A DNA stretch of 64,000 bases, taken from NCBI RefSeq assembly GCF_035594765.1, contig NW_026943819.1, forward strand, positions 17,720,703 to 17,784,702. The letters run 5' to 3'. The notes beneath the pieces are model-generated. The model had not been told where the DNA came from. It saw only the letters and a list, made by a program, of their open reading frames with translations, and did not search any database. Both the position numbers and the translations under genes were made by a program. This stretch comes from Anolis carolinensis (lineage: Eukaryota). Below are positions 39,746 to 54,013 of the stretch, one piece after another. Each line of letters opens with the position of its first letter. Within the stretch, counting starts at the first letter, position 1.

Positions 39746-42700
39746 ATGTTCGGCGGGCGGACAGCGCTGCTATTGCGGGGGCTGCGGCCCTGGCTGAGGG
39801 TGGAACCCCGAAGGCACCGCGACTCCTTCAGAGGTGGGCCTGGCTGGCTGGCAGGGAGGGCGCCCTCCCGGAGATTAGTCGCTTTTATTATTCACTAGCT
39901 TGGGTACCCAGCGTTGCCCGGGTTATTTGAAAAAGGCAGTGTTTTAATCGTTCAAAATGCATAAACTTGTGGATTAACTGCAACTAACCTCATGCCAGGT
40001 TAACCTCGAGAAAATCCATCAGTACTTAAAGTTTGTTATGTTGGCAAGATTGCTCTGGAAACATCATCGGTAGGGTTCGGTGTGTGCTCTGGCTGAAGGG
40101 TAAACTACATCTCCCACTATGGTGAGTCAGTCCCCGCAAACCCCTCCAGTAGGTTGAGTGAGTCATGGGGGTTCTGTGTGCCAAGTTTGGTTCAGGTCCA
40201 TAGTTGGTGGAGGTCACAGTTTCCCTGGTTGTGGGTGAACTACAACTCCCAGAAAGGAAGGTCAATCCCACCCAAACCCCTCCAGTAATCAAATTTGAAC
40301 ATATTGGATATATGTTCCACATTTAATTCAGACCCATCGGTGTTTGGGTTCACAGTGCTTTCAGGATCTGCTTTGAACCAGGTTATTTGAGTCCACAGTG
40401 CCATATATTCCAGTTCAATGCAGGTAATGCATTTAACTGGAATATGGAATTCAGCTGTGTGGAAGGGGTCTCTGAAATTTATTCAGAGGTCTGTTGGCAA
40501 AAGTCCTCTGAGCAACCTCTGAGGAAGCTTGCCACAGATGCAGGCGTAACATTAGGCGAAAATGCAACTGGAACATAGCCATACAGCTCGAAAACCTCAA
40601 TGCAACTCAGTGATTCTGGCCATGAAAGCCTTTGACAACAGTATTAGAGAATGCGTACCAAGACAAATTCTACTATCACTTCTAGGCCTTTTGGGTAAGA
40701 TCAAGTGTAGTATCTATCATATCAATAGAGGTTAAAATGCAAGTAAGATAGTATGAAGCAATCAAAAACATGATCTTGTGTTCAAAGGTTTTGTTCTGAT
40801 GGAACTCGGCATGTTTAGACAGCAGAATGTTGTGCAATGAACCAGAGCATGAAATCCAAGGTGAATAATTACAAATAAATTCAATTAAAGAGCCCAGATT
40901 GTGGCAAAAGCTTTAGTCCTGTTGCCTGGAACTGTGGTGATAGGTCACACTTTGATGAGGTTCTTCCAAAGTTGCTCATATGTTGGTTGGGACAATTCAG
41001 ACCTCTGCTGAAAGGGCAAGTTGCACTGGCACTCAATCTCTTTTCTCCTTTATTTCTATCCTCCTATGTTCTCATAACTGGTACTCAATTTGTTTGGAAA
41101 ATATAAAGATCAAAGTGCATATTAGTAAAGCATAAAAGAGATTGCTAAAATATAAAGACATGACATAATCAAAAACAGTGAAATTATCTGTTGCAAATGC
41201 ATAAAGTGATGTTAACTTGATGTGTAAAATTGGAGTAGAAGGAAATCCAAGTGTAACAAATGTTCATAATTACTTCACCTTCTCAGATGGGTTTCTACCT
41301 ATAGATAAGTTCAAGCTAATGATTAATGTTGCTTGAATGTATTATTACAGGAGTGGGCAAAGAGTACCTCTTCCAAGACTGCTTTTGTTTCCATCTGACC
41401 CTTGGAACCACCCTTTTCTGACACGGTTAAAGGGTGAATTGCTGTCTTCTGAAAGCCTTCAGGAATGTATTGCATGTACTAATGAGACATAAAAATCTCC
41501 TTTCAAACCCTAGACCAGTGGTTCTCAACCTGTGGGTCCCCAGATGTTTTGGCTTTCAGCTCCCAGAAATCCTAACAGCTGGTAAATAGGCTGGACAGTT
41601 CGGGTCCAGGCTATTTGGCTGACTACATTCCCTTCTATGAACCTGCCCATGGCTTAAGATCTTCAGAAGAGGCCTTTCTCTCAGTCCTACCTCCATCTCA
41701 AGCTCAGTTGGTGGGAATGAGAGAGGGGACCTTTTTGGTGGCTGCCTCTCAATTCTGGAACTCTCTGCCCAGGGAAGCCAGAAAGGCCCCCTCTTTCAGT
41801 CTTTGGTCATCAAAACCAGGAGTGACTTTCCTGACTATTTAAAATTATTGTTTTTAAACTGGTTTTAAGAAGTTAGGTTAGTCTGTTTTTAGATGTTTGT
41901 CCAAATATTTTCTGTAAATGCATCACTGAAGACGTTTAAATGACTGTTAGTCTCTCTTTCCAGATTTCACTAAGGAATTTGACAAGTTCCGTCAGAAGGC
42001 GAAGGGGATCCTTCCTGGCAGTGACTGGACTCCTTTGCCTATATCAAGAGACCTGCCTCCTGAGCAGGCTGACGTGGTCATCGTTGGAGGAGGTGTAGTG
42101 GGATGGTCAGTTGCCTATTGGTTGAAGAGGAATGAGCCCCAGAGTGGTGCCGTTCGAGTAGTGGTGGTTGAACGGGACCTCAGTGTGAGTTGTCTGAGCT
42201 CTGCAAGGGTGCGTGTTGATTTAGGCCAATCTTTCAATCATTTAATTCTGGTGTAATCATTGAATTCGTCGTTTAATTTTAACCTTCGGATGTTAATTTC
42301 TTACTGTTGAATCTTAACACTTGATGGATCTCCCCCCCCCCCCAATAGGTGATGCTTTTGGGGGGTTTGCCAAGATTATGTGTTAGAGTCATGTGTTCAT
42401 CAGACTAGGCCATGAATACCTGTCTGGAAATGCCTGTTCACCTACTATATAATAAAGAGTCTTGGGACACCTGAAAATCTTAACAAATTATACATGTTTG
42501 TAAATAAAAACTTGTTAAGGCTTCAGGATATCACCAGAGTCCTTTCCCTAATGGCAGCAATTGAGCATATTCAATAAATATATTGAAACTTTTGGGTGAC
42601 TTGGAGCCATTTATTGTGATCCATCAAACATTAGGGAAGCATATTTAACTGTACGATAAGTGACACTCCTTTTTCTCTCTTTTTTATTACAGTATGCGAA

Positions 42701-45700
42701 AGCATCCACAGTACTCTCTGTTGGGGGGATACGGCAGCAGTATTCAATGCCAGAAAATATCCAGATGAGCCTGTTCTCAGCAAACTTCTTGCGTTTAATT
42801 GACGTATGTCATGCTAACTAGGTTTTCCTGGGATTGCTGGAGCTGAAGGACTTACAGTAGAGTCTCATTTATCCAACATAAACGGGCCGGCAGAATGTTG
42901 GATAAGTAAATATGTTGGATAATAAGGAGAAATTAAGAAAAAGCCTATTAAACATCAAAATAGGTTATGATTTTACAAATTAAGCACCAAAACATCATGT
43001 TATACAACAAATCTGACATAAAAAGTAGTTCATTAAACATTAATGCTATGTAGTAATTACTGTATTTATGAATTTAGCACCAAAATATCATGATATATTG
43101 AAAACATTGACTACAAAAATGCGTTGGATAATCCAGAACGTTGGATAAGTGAGTGTTGGATAAGTGAGACTCTACTGTATATTTTTGCTGTTTGCCTGCC
43201 TCTGTTGTTTCTGACTGTCCATGGAACAGCCAAATGGGCTGGCACATCACTTCAGAGAACATATAGCAGTGAATGCTTATAGATCCTTAGATGTCAAGAA
43301 TACAGTGGTGGCATACCCGAATATATGATTAATTTGTAATTCCTGAGCTGTACATGCTTTTATTTGCCATCAGGTAGATTTGTTGCTAAAGCTCTGCACT
43401 GTGAGAAGTTTTGCCATGTGCTCCATTGCATCTGTTTTAGACATTCAGATGTTCTGAGAGCTGCATGAATATAAAAGTTATGTTGAGAGGCATCCGAATA
43501 TCAAGTTTAGCATCATATCTATTAACGTGGTATCCTAGTTTCTTTTAAATTCAGTTTTAAGACTGTTGTAGGATTTACAAAAGTTCAAGTAGATAGCAAC
43601 TTTAGCCTGTATGTGTTTATGGTAAAAGTTAGAAATGTAGTTTTTGTATTTACTTACATGCTGTTGGGAATTTTATTCACACTTCAGGATCTCCAAAATT
43701 TTCTCCTTGTAGCCATAAGAATGGTTTCATTTGCTCATTGTCTTATATTAATTATCCAGTCCTTGTTACCCTTCTGTATTTATTTAATTTATGTCCTACC
43801 TTTTCCCCAAAATGAAATCCATGGTATAGTGGCCAAAGTGAGTATTGGTGAATGTCCACCTGTTCTAGAATTTTCCACTGAATACTGTGTTGTTTATTGA
43901 GTTAACAGGCCTAGATTGTTCACATAGTGATATATGAAGCAGGTTAGGTCTCGAGAAGTTACTGTTCTCTCAGTCTTGTAATAATATTATAATTATTTTT
44001 ATGCCCCGCCTCCATCTCCCCGAAGGGACTCGGAGCGGCTTACATGGGCTCAAGCCCAGATAAAAACAGTAACAATGTAAAACACATCAAATGACGAAAG
44101 ATGTGCAGTTATAAAATTTAAACATTAACATATACAGATAAAATAGCAAACGTTAATAAGACATGATTGAAACACAGAAAAGTTGTTAAAAACGGACTGG
44201 GTAAGGTGCACTGTATGAATTTTAAGCATGAGGTAGCTGAAAAAGTCCTGCAGATTCGTGAGAGGGCAACTTGGGATGGGAATAACCTTGTGGCTATATC
44301 AAATCTATAATATGGAGCTCTCAATAAAGGCTTATTAATACATTGGAAAGTTAAATGCACTACCTTTTGGTTCCAGGAGTATCTACATGTTATTGGTCAG
44401 CCACCGGTAGATGTTCAGTTTAATCCTTCTGGCTATCTTTTCCTGGCGTCAGATGAAACAGCTGCAATCCTGGAGGAGAATGTGAAAGTTCAAAGGTATG
44501 GAAACATTGGATACGAAGGACGTTGAGGAGAAAAGAAGGCAGTGCCCTAGGTGTTAGCATGCCTGAGATCATGGGCAATATCATTATTTTCCTTCTTATG
44601 TTTGACCTTAAATCAACTGTAGCTCTCTGCTTCCCCAGTAGAGAGTGCTTCCTGGTGTGCAAGATCCAAGTTCTGTTTCCATTTTCTTCCTAGGGGTGGG
44701 CTGCTTTGTAAAGCTAATAAGGTTGTTATGAAAATAACTTGGAAAGGAAAGCCATGAATGTATGGGCTGATTGGATGTATTAAAATATTTATTGTTGGGA
44801 ATCGGATTCCATTCTTGCTGATTTTAGTCCGTTTGCGTCATGCTTCCACTTTGGAAAAGTAATGTGATGGATCTCCTGCCCCACAGCTCCAATCCTTGAG
44901 CCACCTTCACTCACCTTCCCCCCCCCCCCCCCCGAAAATCCCTTTCTGGCCTCAGGGCAATTGCTGTATGGACCAGTAGATGTATTAACCAGTGGGTTCA
45001 TTGTGGTAAGCTTGACTAGTTTCTTAAAAAAATTAACAGGAAGAGCTGGGTGCAGTTGTAAAAAGAAACAGACAAGTAAGCAAATAGAGAAGTAGAAGTT
45101 TATTAATACAAAATTAAATTTTATATTAACCCCTGAACTATTTAATCTTTTACAGCTCCCCCCAAATCCTGTTTATATTTTTCCTCACAGCTAAGTATCC
45201 TATTTTAGGACATCTTTCGCCATCTCTGCAATCTTTCCCTTTTTCTTTGTCGTTTTCCCCCTGCCTTCTGTGAGAAACAAGCCATCATGAACGCAACATC
45301 CCTTCCCCATCTTCCTTAATTGGAGCAACTGTTTAGCTGATTGTTGTTTTGATTAACCAATTTTTTTGGTTTTACAAGATTCTAGCCAATTGCATTTTAA
45401 TAAGAATCCTTTAATGGTTTTTCAGGATGGAAGGAGCAAAGGTGTCTCTGCTTTCACCAGCAGAACTGAAAAAGAAATATCCATGGATGAATACAGATGG
45501 TGTGGTGTTGGCTTCCTGTGGTACTGGACTCTGTTTAATTTAACACGTAACATCAACATCTTGAGTAAAGAGTTAGAGGGGGAATGATAACATGTTTTTT
45601 CCCTATGCAAGTTAAAGTGAATAGCTATGAAAGTTTGAATATTAATAGTGATGTGTGTGAAGTTTAAACTGCACTCTTTCGTAGATATACAGTATTACAC

Positions 45701-48700
45701 CACTGCCTTTCCTGCTTTTTGCCCCATTTTATGTGATCGGATTGTTTCTGAGTACTACCACATTGCATTATGTGACTACGTGATAGCGTTTGAAAATGGC
45801 TGTTCACAGTAAGCTTGCTCCAAATTGCTTCAATAGATAGTTGGATGAGAAATGTGTAGCCCTGGAGGTGTGATGTTGAATGATGATTCCATTCACTCCT
45901 AGTCAGCATTGGATTATAGATTCAGTGGTAGGAACAACAGTTCAGCGGGAACTGGAGATTCACATGTTCTCCTTTCCTATTTTACATGAAACTGTAGCAT
46001 AAATAAAATATTGAGTTCTTTGTAATTTGCAGGTTATTTTGGTGCCAAATCTTTGTAAATCTAAACTGGAACTTCTTTCTTATATCCTATGGCATCTTGT
46101 CTTTTAGGGTTGGAAAATGAGGGCTGGTTTGACCCTTGGACTCTCCTGAATGCCTTACGAAGCAAAGCTATCTCAATGGGTGTTTACCAGAGCTGTGGTG
46201 AAGTGACATGTGAGTTTGTTCATTCTTGATATTACTGCCATGCCACCCTCATTACCATTAAAATCTGCCAAGCAGTTCAGTCTCTGACCTAGAGAGTGGC
46301 AAGCATTTGAGAATTTAATTGGTTCTGGCAGATAGCTGATTTATTGCTTTGCCGTGTTGGTTTTAACAAACCATCCTACTACCAGTCACTTGGAAGACCA
46401 GTATCATCTGACAAAGCTCTTTGAAGATTTATGGTCAGGATCACAATTTGTACCTTTCTATATCTTATTGTCCCAGTCCTACCACTGAGTAACTATGCTT
46501 AAAAACCTGTGGCTTTAATATCACACTGTAAGGGCATCTGAGCAAAGGGAGTGATATCAACATAGTAAAATAGACCAATTAGTCTTAATGAAGCTGCTAA
46601 ATTCTTCCCCCTTTCCCTTCGTTCCTTATAATACTTTTTCTGATACCTTTGCTTTGTATCAACATGCTTCTGAGATGAAAAGTGAATGTTTTACTTAAGG
46701 TTGAGTGTGGCATTGTGTGTGGCTCATATACAATAAACTCAGCAATAACCCGCATTGTACTTTAAAATGGAGGCCTGCCATCCATCTCTTGCCATGAAGC
46801 ACCAGAGGCACTCCAAGTGGCCAGCTACTGGTCAAAGGACATTTAGTATAATGCCAAGTTGTTGTTTTTTAAACTTTGCTTGTGTTTTCAAATACATTAC
46901 AACTTGTACCCTTGGTTCACTTCTGACATGATAAATAAATCTCCATCTCTTACTCTTAGGCTATTAATGTGAATTTTGGGGATGAAGGTTAAATTTGTGT
47001 TCCAGTTCCATAAATCTAGTGAACAGGTCTCATTTGTATAATTCTGTTAATACATCAATCCGGCTGTTTTAAGATCTGCCAAGTCCCTTTTCCATGTCCT
47101 TCTTCCATCAAAAGCATGGTGATTGCTCCAACTTAGACATCTAAGTTACAGCGTGGTCCCTCCAAACACAAAAATAATTATACAAATATTTTTATTTTCC
47201 CAGGCATTTAATTGATTTTGTTAATTTATTTGGACAGGTTTTATTATTAGTTAAACCATTACACACTTACCTTTTTATATTCTTTAATTTACAGTTTAAT
47301 TTGTAGCTATTTCTATGCTTCTCGACCCTGTTCAGCTTTCACTTCAGATACCACAGAAATGGTGACACAGGATGGAGAGCAGATTGATTTTTCCCGTATC
47401 AAATATGTTAATGTAAGTCATGTTTCTCACTATTTTAATTGAGGCTGAGTGGAAGCTTTATGCATGATACTGACACTCAAAAATCAGAGTCCTATCAACA
47501 TTTCTATTTTGAGATGCTTTTGTGGGCATTTTGAAGTGCTAGTAAGATGTCTCAGAAAAAGTATCCAAATATACCCTGCCTTTCACAGTTTAAAAACAGG
47601 TGAAAAGGTGGGCTGGAAAGATAATTTAGTGTTTATTGCGTACATCAGATGTTTAAGGCCAGCAGAAGAATAAGCTCAATTCTATTACCAATGCATTCCT
47701 GGTTATCTGTCTGCTTTATTGAGTTAGTAGATAAGAGGTTATGCTATCTCAGGCACAAGGAGCTACATCAATGCTCTTGTCTAGTGTTAGGGCCGCTGTC
47801 ATGTATGTTTGTGTCCTCCTTCCCATAGACCTAATTGCTCTTTCCCATTCACTGTGAACCAACATTGAGTTCAGTTTCAGGCTGCTATATATGTACACTG
47901 AACATATACTGGTGGCACAGCAGAGTTCCTTGTCTTTCAGACTAATTTCTTGGGGTATGCTTTTCCAGGCAGTATTGTTAATTGAAAAGGAGGATTAAGG
48001 TAAACAGGAGAGGGCTGACTTAAAAGTGGCAGTTTCACTTTCTTTTTGAGGAAAAATAAAAAATACATTGAGATGTCATCTGCCAGTTCCTTGAATTTGT
48101 TGAGGGATCTTAAGGGAGCCCTCTTTTTTGTTTTCCCTCTTTTTTCCTGAAGCCTGTCATCAGCTCTCAAGAAGCCTTCTGTGCATCCAGTAAAACGTTG
48201 TGAGCTCTTTCTTGCTGTATCACCCATCTAGGTCCATATGCCGAACAGTACTGAATATGCCTCAATACAGTGTTCCCTCGTGGTGAATGCAGCAGGAGCC
48301 TGGTCAAGCAAAGTGGCAGAGATGGCTGGCATTGGGACTGGGCCTCCAGATTCAATATCTGGGGTCAAGTTGCCAGTGGAACCTAAGAAAAGGTTTGATT
48401 AAACACAAACTTCGTAGTATCCTGTTTAATGTGCCTCTTCAGTTTCAGGAGAGAGAGAGAGAGAGATTCTGATGCTGAAATTTGGATGGAGAAGAAAACA
48501 TGTAATTCTTTTTGGGGTTGAGGACTGGAACATCCATTTCTCCCATTCCATTTTTCATTGCCTCACATAATGCGTCTGAGACCTTTATTCTTCTAAGTCA
48601 GACTGAGAAACGTTTTACACTCGAAATGTTGTTGGGTTACAATACCCATCTGTTCAAACCAGTCGTTTTTTAAAAAATTCATGTAGAATTCTTTCTTTCT

Positions 48701-51493
48701 CTCAATATGAAACTCAAGGTTGTTTACGAAGAAAGAGAATTAAATACAATTTTATAGAATTGCTTCCATTACTTTTCTGTGACACCAATGGCTATAACAT
48801 ACCAAACAGCTCTTTTTGTTTTGACTGGGGGAAAAATTATAAAGAGCACTTGTAAATGTCTTGTGAGCAAATCAGTGAACAGAGATCTTAGATGTTTTAT
48901 TAAATGTTGCTTCAAATATCTCCTTGTCCTTATGCCACTAGGTATGTTTACGTGTGGCACTGTCCAGATGGGCCCGGCTTGGGGTTTCCAATGCTAATAG
49001 ACACTACAGGAGCTTACTGCCGGAGGGAAGGCTTGGGTGGCAACTACCTTGGAGGCATAAGTCCCACAGAAGTGAGTTTATTGTGATTTCATTGGGAGCT
49101 GATCTAAGGGAAATCACCACAGCCCTTAGACCAATGGTTCCCAACCTGTGGGTCCCCAGGCATTTTGGCCTACAACTCCCAGAAATCCCAGCCAGTTTAC
49201 AAACTTAGGATTTTTGGGGGTTGAAGGCCAAAACACCACAGGTTGAGTACCACTGCCTTAGACAAAGAGGACTATGGCTATGCTGGCAACTGCATTCTTT
49301 TAGTGACACATAGGGAAGTGATCTTGCAAGAATACTGCAGGACTGAGCTAGTTTGTTAGGTTGTCAGGGGTGCTTCTCTAGAAACTAGGACTTGGAGCAA
49401 TAGCAATTCCACCGAAACATTTGGAAGAACTTACTGATGGTAAAAACTGTTCAAAAGTGGAATGTGCTTTTTTGGAGTGTAGCAGAGTGTCCTTATCTGG
49501 AGGTTTTTAATCAGTGGCTGGGTTGTCATCCGTCAGGGGTGCTTTGATTGTATTTTACTGAACAGAGGGGTTGGACTGAATGGACCCTGTGGTCTCTTCC
49601 AACTCAAGTATTCTATTTTCCTTCCAAAAAAAAATCCTGTCAAAGGGTTCAGGGTGAGACTGAGTATCCCTATTTGGAAATCTGAAATGCTACAAAATCT
49701 AAATTTATCTTCATTGGTTGAGATAGTGACTCCTTTGCTTTCTGATGGTTATATGTACACCAAATATTTTCATGCAAAATTGAAAATATTAAAAAAAAAG
49801 TGTCAGTGCACCTTCAATTACATGTATAACATAACATAAATGAATTCCATGTTTAGACTTGGGTCTCATACCAATATTATGACTATACAAATATTCCACA
49901 GTCTGAAAGCCAAAATACACCTAGTTTCAATTGTTTAAAATAAGGGATGCTCAACTACTAGTATGTGTGTGCTGGTGTACATTTATCTTCCAGATAAAGG
50001 ATTCAGGCCTAGGTTTTCTTGATTCATACCCATACAACTTTCTGTTTAGATTAGTGTTTGCTATCCCTTATCAGGAGGAAGAACCAGATATCCAGGACTT
50101 GGAAGTAGATCATGAATTTTTCCAAGAGAAGGTCTGGCCCAAACTGGCCCATCGGGTGCCTTGCTTTGAATCCTTAAAGGTACAGTGGTGATTGGTTATT
50201 TGATGGAAGGAGGTTGAGTTCTGTTGTTCTTAAATGTCCTTTTAAAGCACAGTGCAACACAGTCCAGTTATAGTAAAATAACAAGCAGCAACTTTCGGCC
50301 AAGGAGCCAGAATGGTGTAGTGAATTGAGCATGAGATGACACTCTGCAACATGATTTTTGTTCCTGGGTTATAAATGCCATTTTTATCATAAAAACATGG
50401 GAAAAGTTTATTAAACTGCTAAAACTTTCTTTTTGCAGTCTGCACAAAGATTTAAAAATGACATATTTTCATTAAGGAAAATTATAAGCAAAGTTCCTAG
50501 ACTGAAGGAAATAGTAATACTACCCTCAGCCACAAAAACAAAGTTTGGTGTATAATAACTAATTTCAAAGTAAGTACTGCACAATTAAACAGTAAATAAC
50601 ACTTTCAAACCAGGAACAGAATTCTTTTTCAAATTTTGTTACATAGTGTTAAGCTCAGCCATAGAAATCCAGTGGGTGACCTTGGCCAAAACAGAGAAAG
50701 GCAAGGGCAAATCTCTTCTGTACAAACCTTGACAAGAAAACCAGGGATAGCTTCACTTTAGAGTTACCATAAGTCAAACATGGCTTGAGGAGATAGAACA
50801 AAAATCTTTTCTTCTGGCTTTGCCTCTGCTGTGAAACGGTATGTAGCCATGGCTCTTCATGGGAGGGCTATGAGAAAGGACAAATCAGAAGAGTCATTTC
50901 TATATGCCTTCTTTCCCTGTATCGTTTTTGAGAATTCAGCACCATTAGGGTCTGTGTTTTTGTGCCATTTAAAATTCATCCACAAGTTCCTCTGTCAGTC
51001 TTGCCTGTGATAAATGCATCAATTTGTGCTTTTTAAAAATAATACTTATATTCCCATTCTCTATTTCTCCCTGTATGGAACTCAAAGTGCCTTACAGTGT
51101 GAGATAAAAAGTAATACAATTAAAGCAAGGAACAACAGAAAGTTTTAAAAACATTTTAATAAATTAACTAAAATCATGAATTAATTAATGCAATCTGGAA
51201 ATATTGGCTGAGTGAGCTTGATTTTTACCTTTTGACAGGTGAAGAGTTCTTGGGCTGGTTATTATGACTACAATACTTTTGACCAAAGTCCTGTAATTGG
51301 CTTGCACCCACTGGTGGACAACCTCTACTTTGCTACCGGCTTCAGTGGGCATGGTTTGCAGCAGGCCCCAGCCGTTGGCCAAGCAATCGCCGAGCTCATC
51401 CTGGACGGCAAATACAAGACAATCGACCTGGAGGCGTTTTCCTTCAACAGACTCATCAAGGGGGAAAAGGCTCTAGAGAGGAATGTCATCTGA
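39746..51493 (+). CDS. FOXRED1: FAD-dependent oxidoreductase domain-containing protein 1 (complex I assembly factor), 11 coding exons, ~487 aa
   Basis: Exons 39746-39833, 41964-42184, 42693-42803, 44377-44495, 45426-45520, 46108-46209, 47336-47412, 48232-48392, 48942-49071, 50075-50179, 51239-51493, all GT-AG and in phase (1464 nt). Arg/Leu-rich mitochondrial-type leader, [11 protein letters not shown] Rossmann motif, [51 protein letters not shown]. Confidence 0.95.
40512..40640 (+). mobile_element. Degenerate Penelope pLTR fragment
   Basis: CCTCTGAGGA...GGCCATGAAAGCCTTTGACAAC tail. Confidence 0.75.
40675..40715 (+). pseudogene. U2 snRNA 5' fragment (processed pseudogene)
   Basis: ATCACTTCTAGGCCTTTTGGGTAAGATCAAGTGTAGTATCT vs U2 ATCGCTTCTCGGCCTTTTGGCTAAGATCAAGTGTAGTATCT: 3 mismatches in 41 nt, then similarity stops. 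Confidence 0.85.
42855..43177. mobile_element. Tigger/pogo-like MITE (same family)
   Basis: Same TIRs, TA TSD. Confidence 0.88.
49132..49255. mobile_element. ~125-bp hAT-type hairpin MITE
   Basis: 8-bp TSD CCTTAGAC. Confidence 0.75.
50340..50648. mobile_element. Non-autonomous DNA transposon with CACT...AGTG ends; second partial copy at ~51665-51970
   Basis: Two similar copies (TTTTGTTCCTGGGTTATAAATG...TTTTGTTACATAGTG) with imperfect terminal inverted repeats. Confidence 0.6.
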
Positions 51494-53858
51494 GTGTTAT
51501 CATAGATCCAGGAATCCATTCTGAAGGTGAGTCCCACCTTTTTTTATCTTTTCCAATCTCAATTCCTTCCTTCCTCAGGAGTTAAGAGCCATCTGCCCCT
51601 ATTACTGTAGCACAGCCATGTTATTTCCACTCACAGTCTCTTCTCCTCCTCTGCCTTGTTTCAATTTTTGTTCCTGGGTTATAAATGTCATTTCCTAATT
51701 GGTTCTATCATAAAAAGGTTTATTAAACTGCAAAAAACATTGTTTTTGCAGTGGGGTCACCCTGCAGCACATTTTGCTATAGTTTTTCAATAAATACCTC
51801 ATTCAATAAATATCTCAGAGTCTCAACCAATTCAACATAGTTTAGTGGCAGTCACAAAAACCAAGTTTCTGGAGTATAATGACTACTTTCAAAGTAATGC
51901 CCAATTAAACGGGAAATATTACTTTCAAAACCAGGAACAGATTTTTTTTTCCAAATTTTGTTACATAGTGTAATGGATTGATTTGTTCCCTTGTAGGGAG
52001 AAGCTGCTCACTCTCCTTTCCATCTAACCACCAACATCGTCACGGATTGATTGCAGCCAGTGGCAGTCCTGGGTTTCTGTGATTCGGTACAAAGAGATGG
52101 GAGGTGGATTCACACTGAGTTCTGGTTAAAAGAGAACACCCACAATGTGATTGGTGAAGCTAATGAAGCACTGAATTAGTTTGAATCTTAGCAGTCATGA
52201 AAAGCTGCAGCACTTAAGTTTCAGCATGATAACATGCAGCATTTTTCGAAAAGAGGAAATCCAGTGCTGCTCTTCTAATATTGCACTTTGTTATAATGGA
52301 CTCCTTGGTCTTCTGTGCCATCTAATCATTTGATATTGTTAAAATTGATCGCTGCTTGAGATGCAACTGCTAATTGGACTGGTACCTTTACCAAGGATTT
52401 TTCCCTGAGCGTACCACAGAAACATCCCTTGAGGAAGAACTGACATTCATTTTTCTCCTTATCCCAGAAATCAGCTTGGCTTCTTACTTAGCTATTGGAT
52501 TTTTAATTTACAGCCATGTTAACAGTTGGAGGACAGAAAGCTAAGAAGCTCTTCCTTTAGAGTTCTGGCTTACATTCCTAAGATCTGCCTAACCTTGCAG
52601 GGGAGGAAACAGTTGTAGAGTCATAGAGTGGAAGGGACCCATAAGTGTCATGTGGATCATCTCTCTGATAGTGCACGAATCCTCTGATCAGTGAAATCAG
52701 GTGAAAGAAGCATCTGTGAGGGGTGGGGGTACTTGCACAAAGCTCTTGATTTTTCCCCTGTACAGCCCCTTTGATAAAATGTAGATGAAATGAATGAATG
52801 CTTGGTCACAACTTAGAGTTTGTTATACTCTGAAAAGTCAGTGGTATAGAAAACAGTCCTGAACACACTAGCTCTTTAAGGCTTTTGTGACCTTAATGCT
52901 GTGAACAGTAGCCCAAAACTCCAGTACGATTTGTTATCCTGCACTCTTATCATTTGGATCAGAAAGCAGATAAAAAATTAAATACTGTTTTTAAAAGGAT
53001 GGAAGATTTTTTATTTTGCAAATCCTAATACCCAGCTGCTCAAGAAGGCAATGGCAAAAGCTGTTTCAAGATAAAAAGCAGTTAAAGATTACTGATTTAG
53101 GTATGCATCCTTACCCTATTTTGATCAGAGATGACAGCATAGTGAACATAAGAAAAGTGTAAAAATTATGAATAGTCCCAGCTTTGAAAAAACAAAACTA
53201 TTGTCTGTCTCCAGCCTAAGTTGTAGTCACATGTTCAGAAAACAGGCGTATGTAAGAAAAAAACAGCAGAGCCCACTCTGAAATACAATGGTTTCTTGAA
53301 ATAAGTTAGGTTTGATTTTGGTATCTATCCACCTTGCATGGATATCAAAATCCGTGGATGCTCAAATAACATTCTATACAATAGCAAACCATTCAAATGT
53401 GAGAGAGCCTAAGGGTTTGTGAAATGGTGGCAGGCTACAGCAGGGTATGCCTATGCATCAACTAAGTGAAATGGCATGGCAAAAACAAGGTTTGCTTTTG
53501 GAATAAGTTTTCAAATATTTTTGAGTTGGTCAAATCAATGGATGCAGAATCTATGGATATGGAGGGCTCGCTTAATTTATAAAACAGCTACTAGAGTTCA
53601 AGAGAAGAAAGAGGACTTGTGGAATTTTCAGAGCAATAGAGCCATACGTTGTATTTCTCTGGGTTACTTTTCTTCTAGTTGCTTCCTTCTGAAAGCTGAG
53701 AAAGCCTTACCAGCTCTTGACCTGTATGTAGAAATTATTGTGTGTGTGTCGAAGTTAATAGTTATGCAGAAAGCTCAGGCAGAAAGATATGTTAAAAGAT
53801 ATCTGCTAATTTTTTAAATGGAGAAATAAGTCTATGGAAAATAATCATGTTAAACTGT

Positions 53859-53864
53859 TTTATT
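53859..53864 (-). terminator. Probable photolyase polyadenylation signal
   Basis: TTTATT on + about 150 nt past the stop; a second one at 53950-53955. Confidence 0.45.
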
Positions 53865-54013
53865 GTTTGGCCCAGTTCCCAGAAAGATTTCTATAGGCAG
53901 GAATGCTGACACAGAAATATTCAACTTGATTTCAGCTATTCCATTTACTTTTATTATGTATTTGCTGTAGTTGTTGATTATGTTTAAGCCGCCTGCTACA
54001 GCACACTCTGCTT

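Noticed and set aside
39664-39930. 88-aa ORF MAAPREG... as the FOXRED1 N-terminus
   Set aside because: It is out of frame with exon 2; ATG 39746 with donor 39833 gives the correct phase. It is kept only as a possible uORF.
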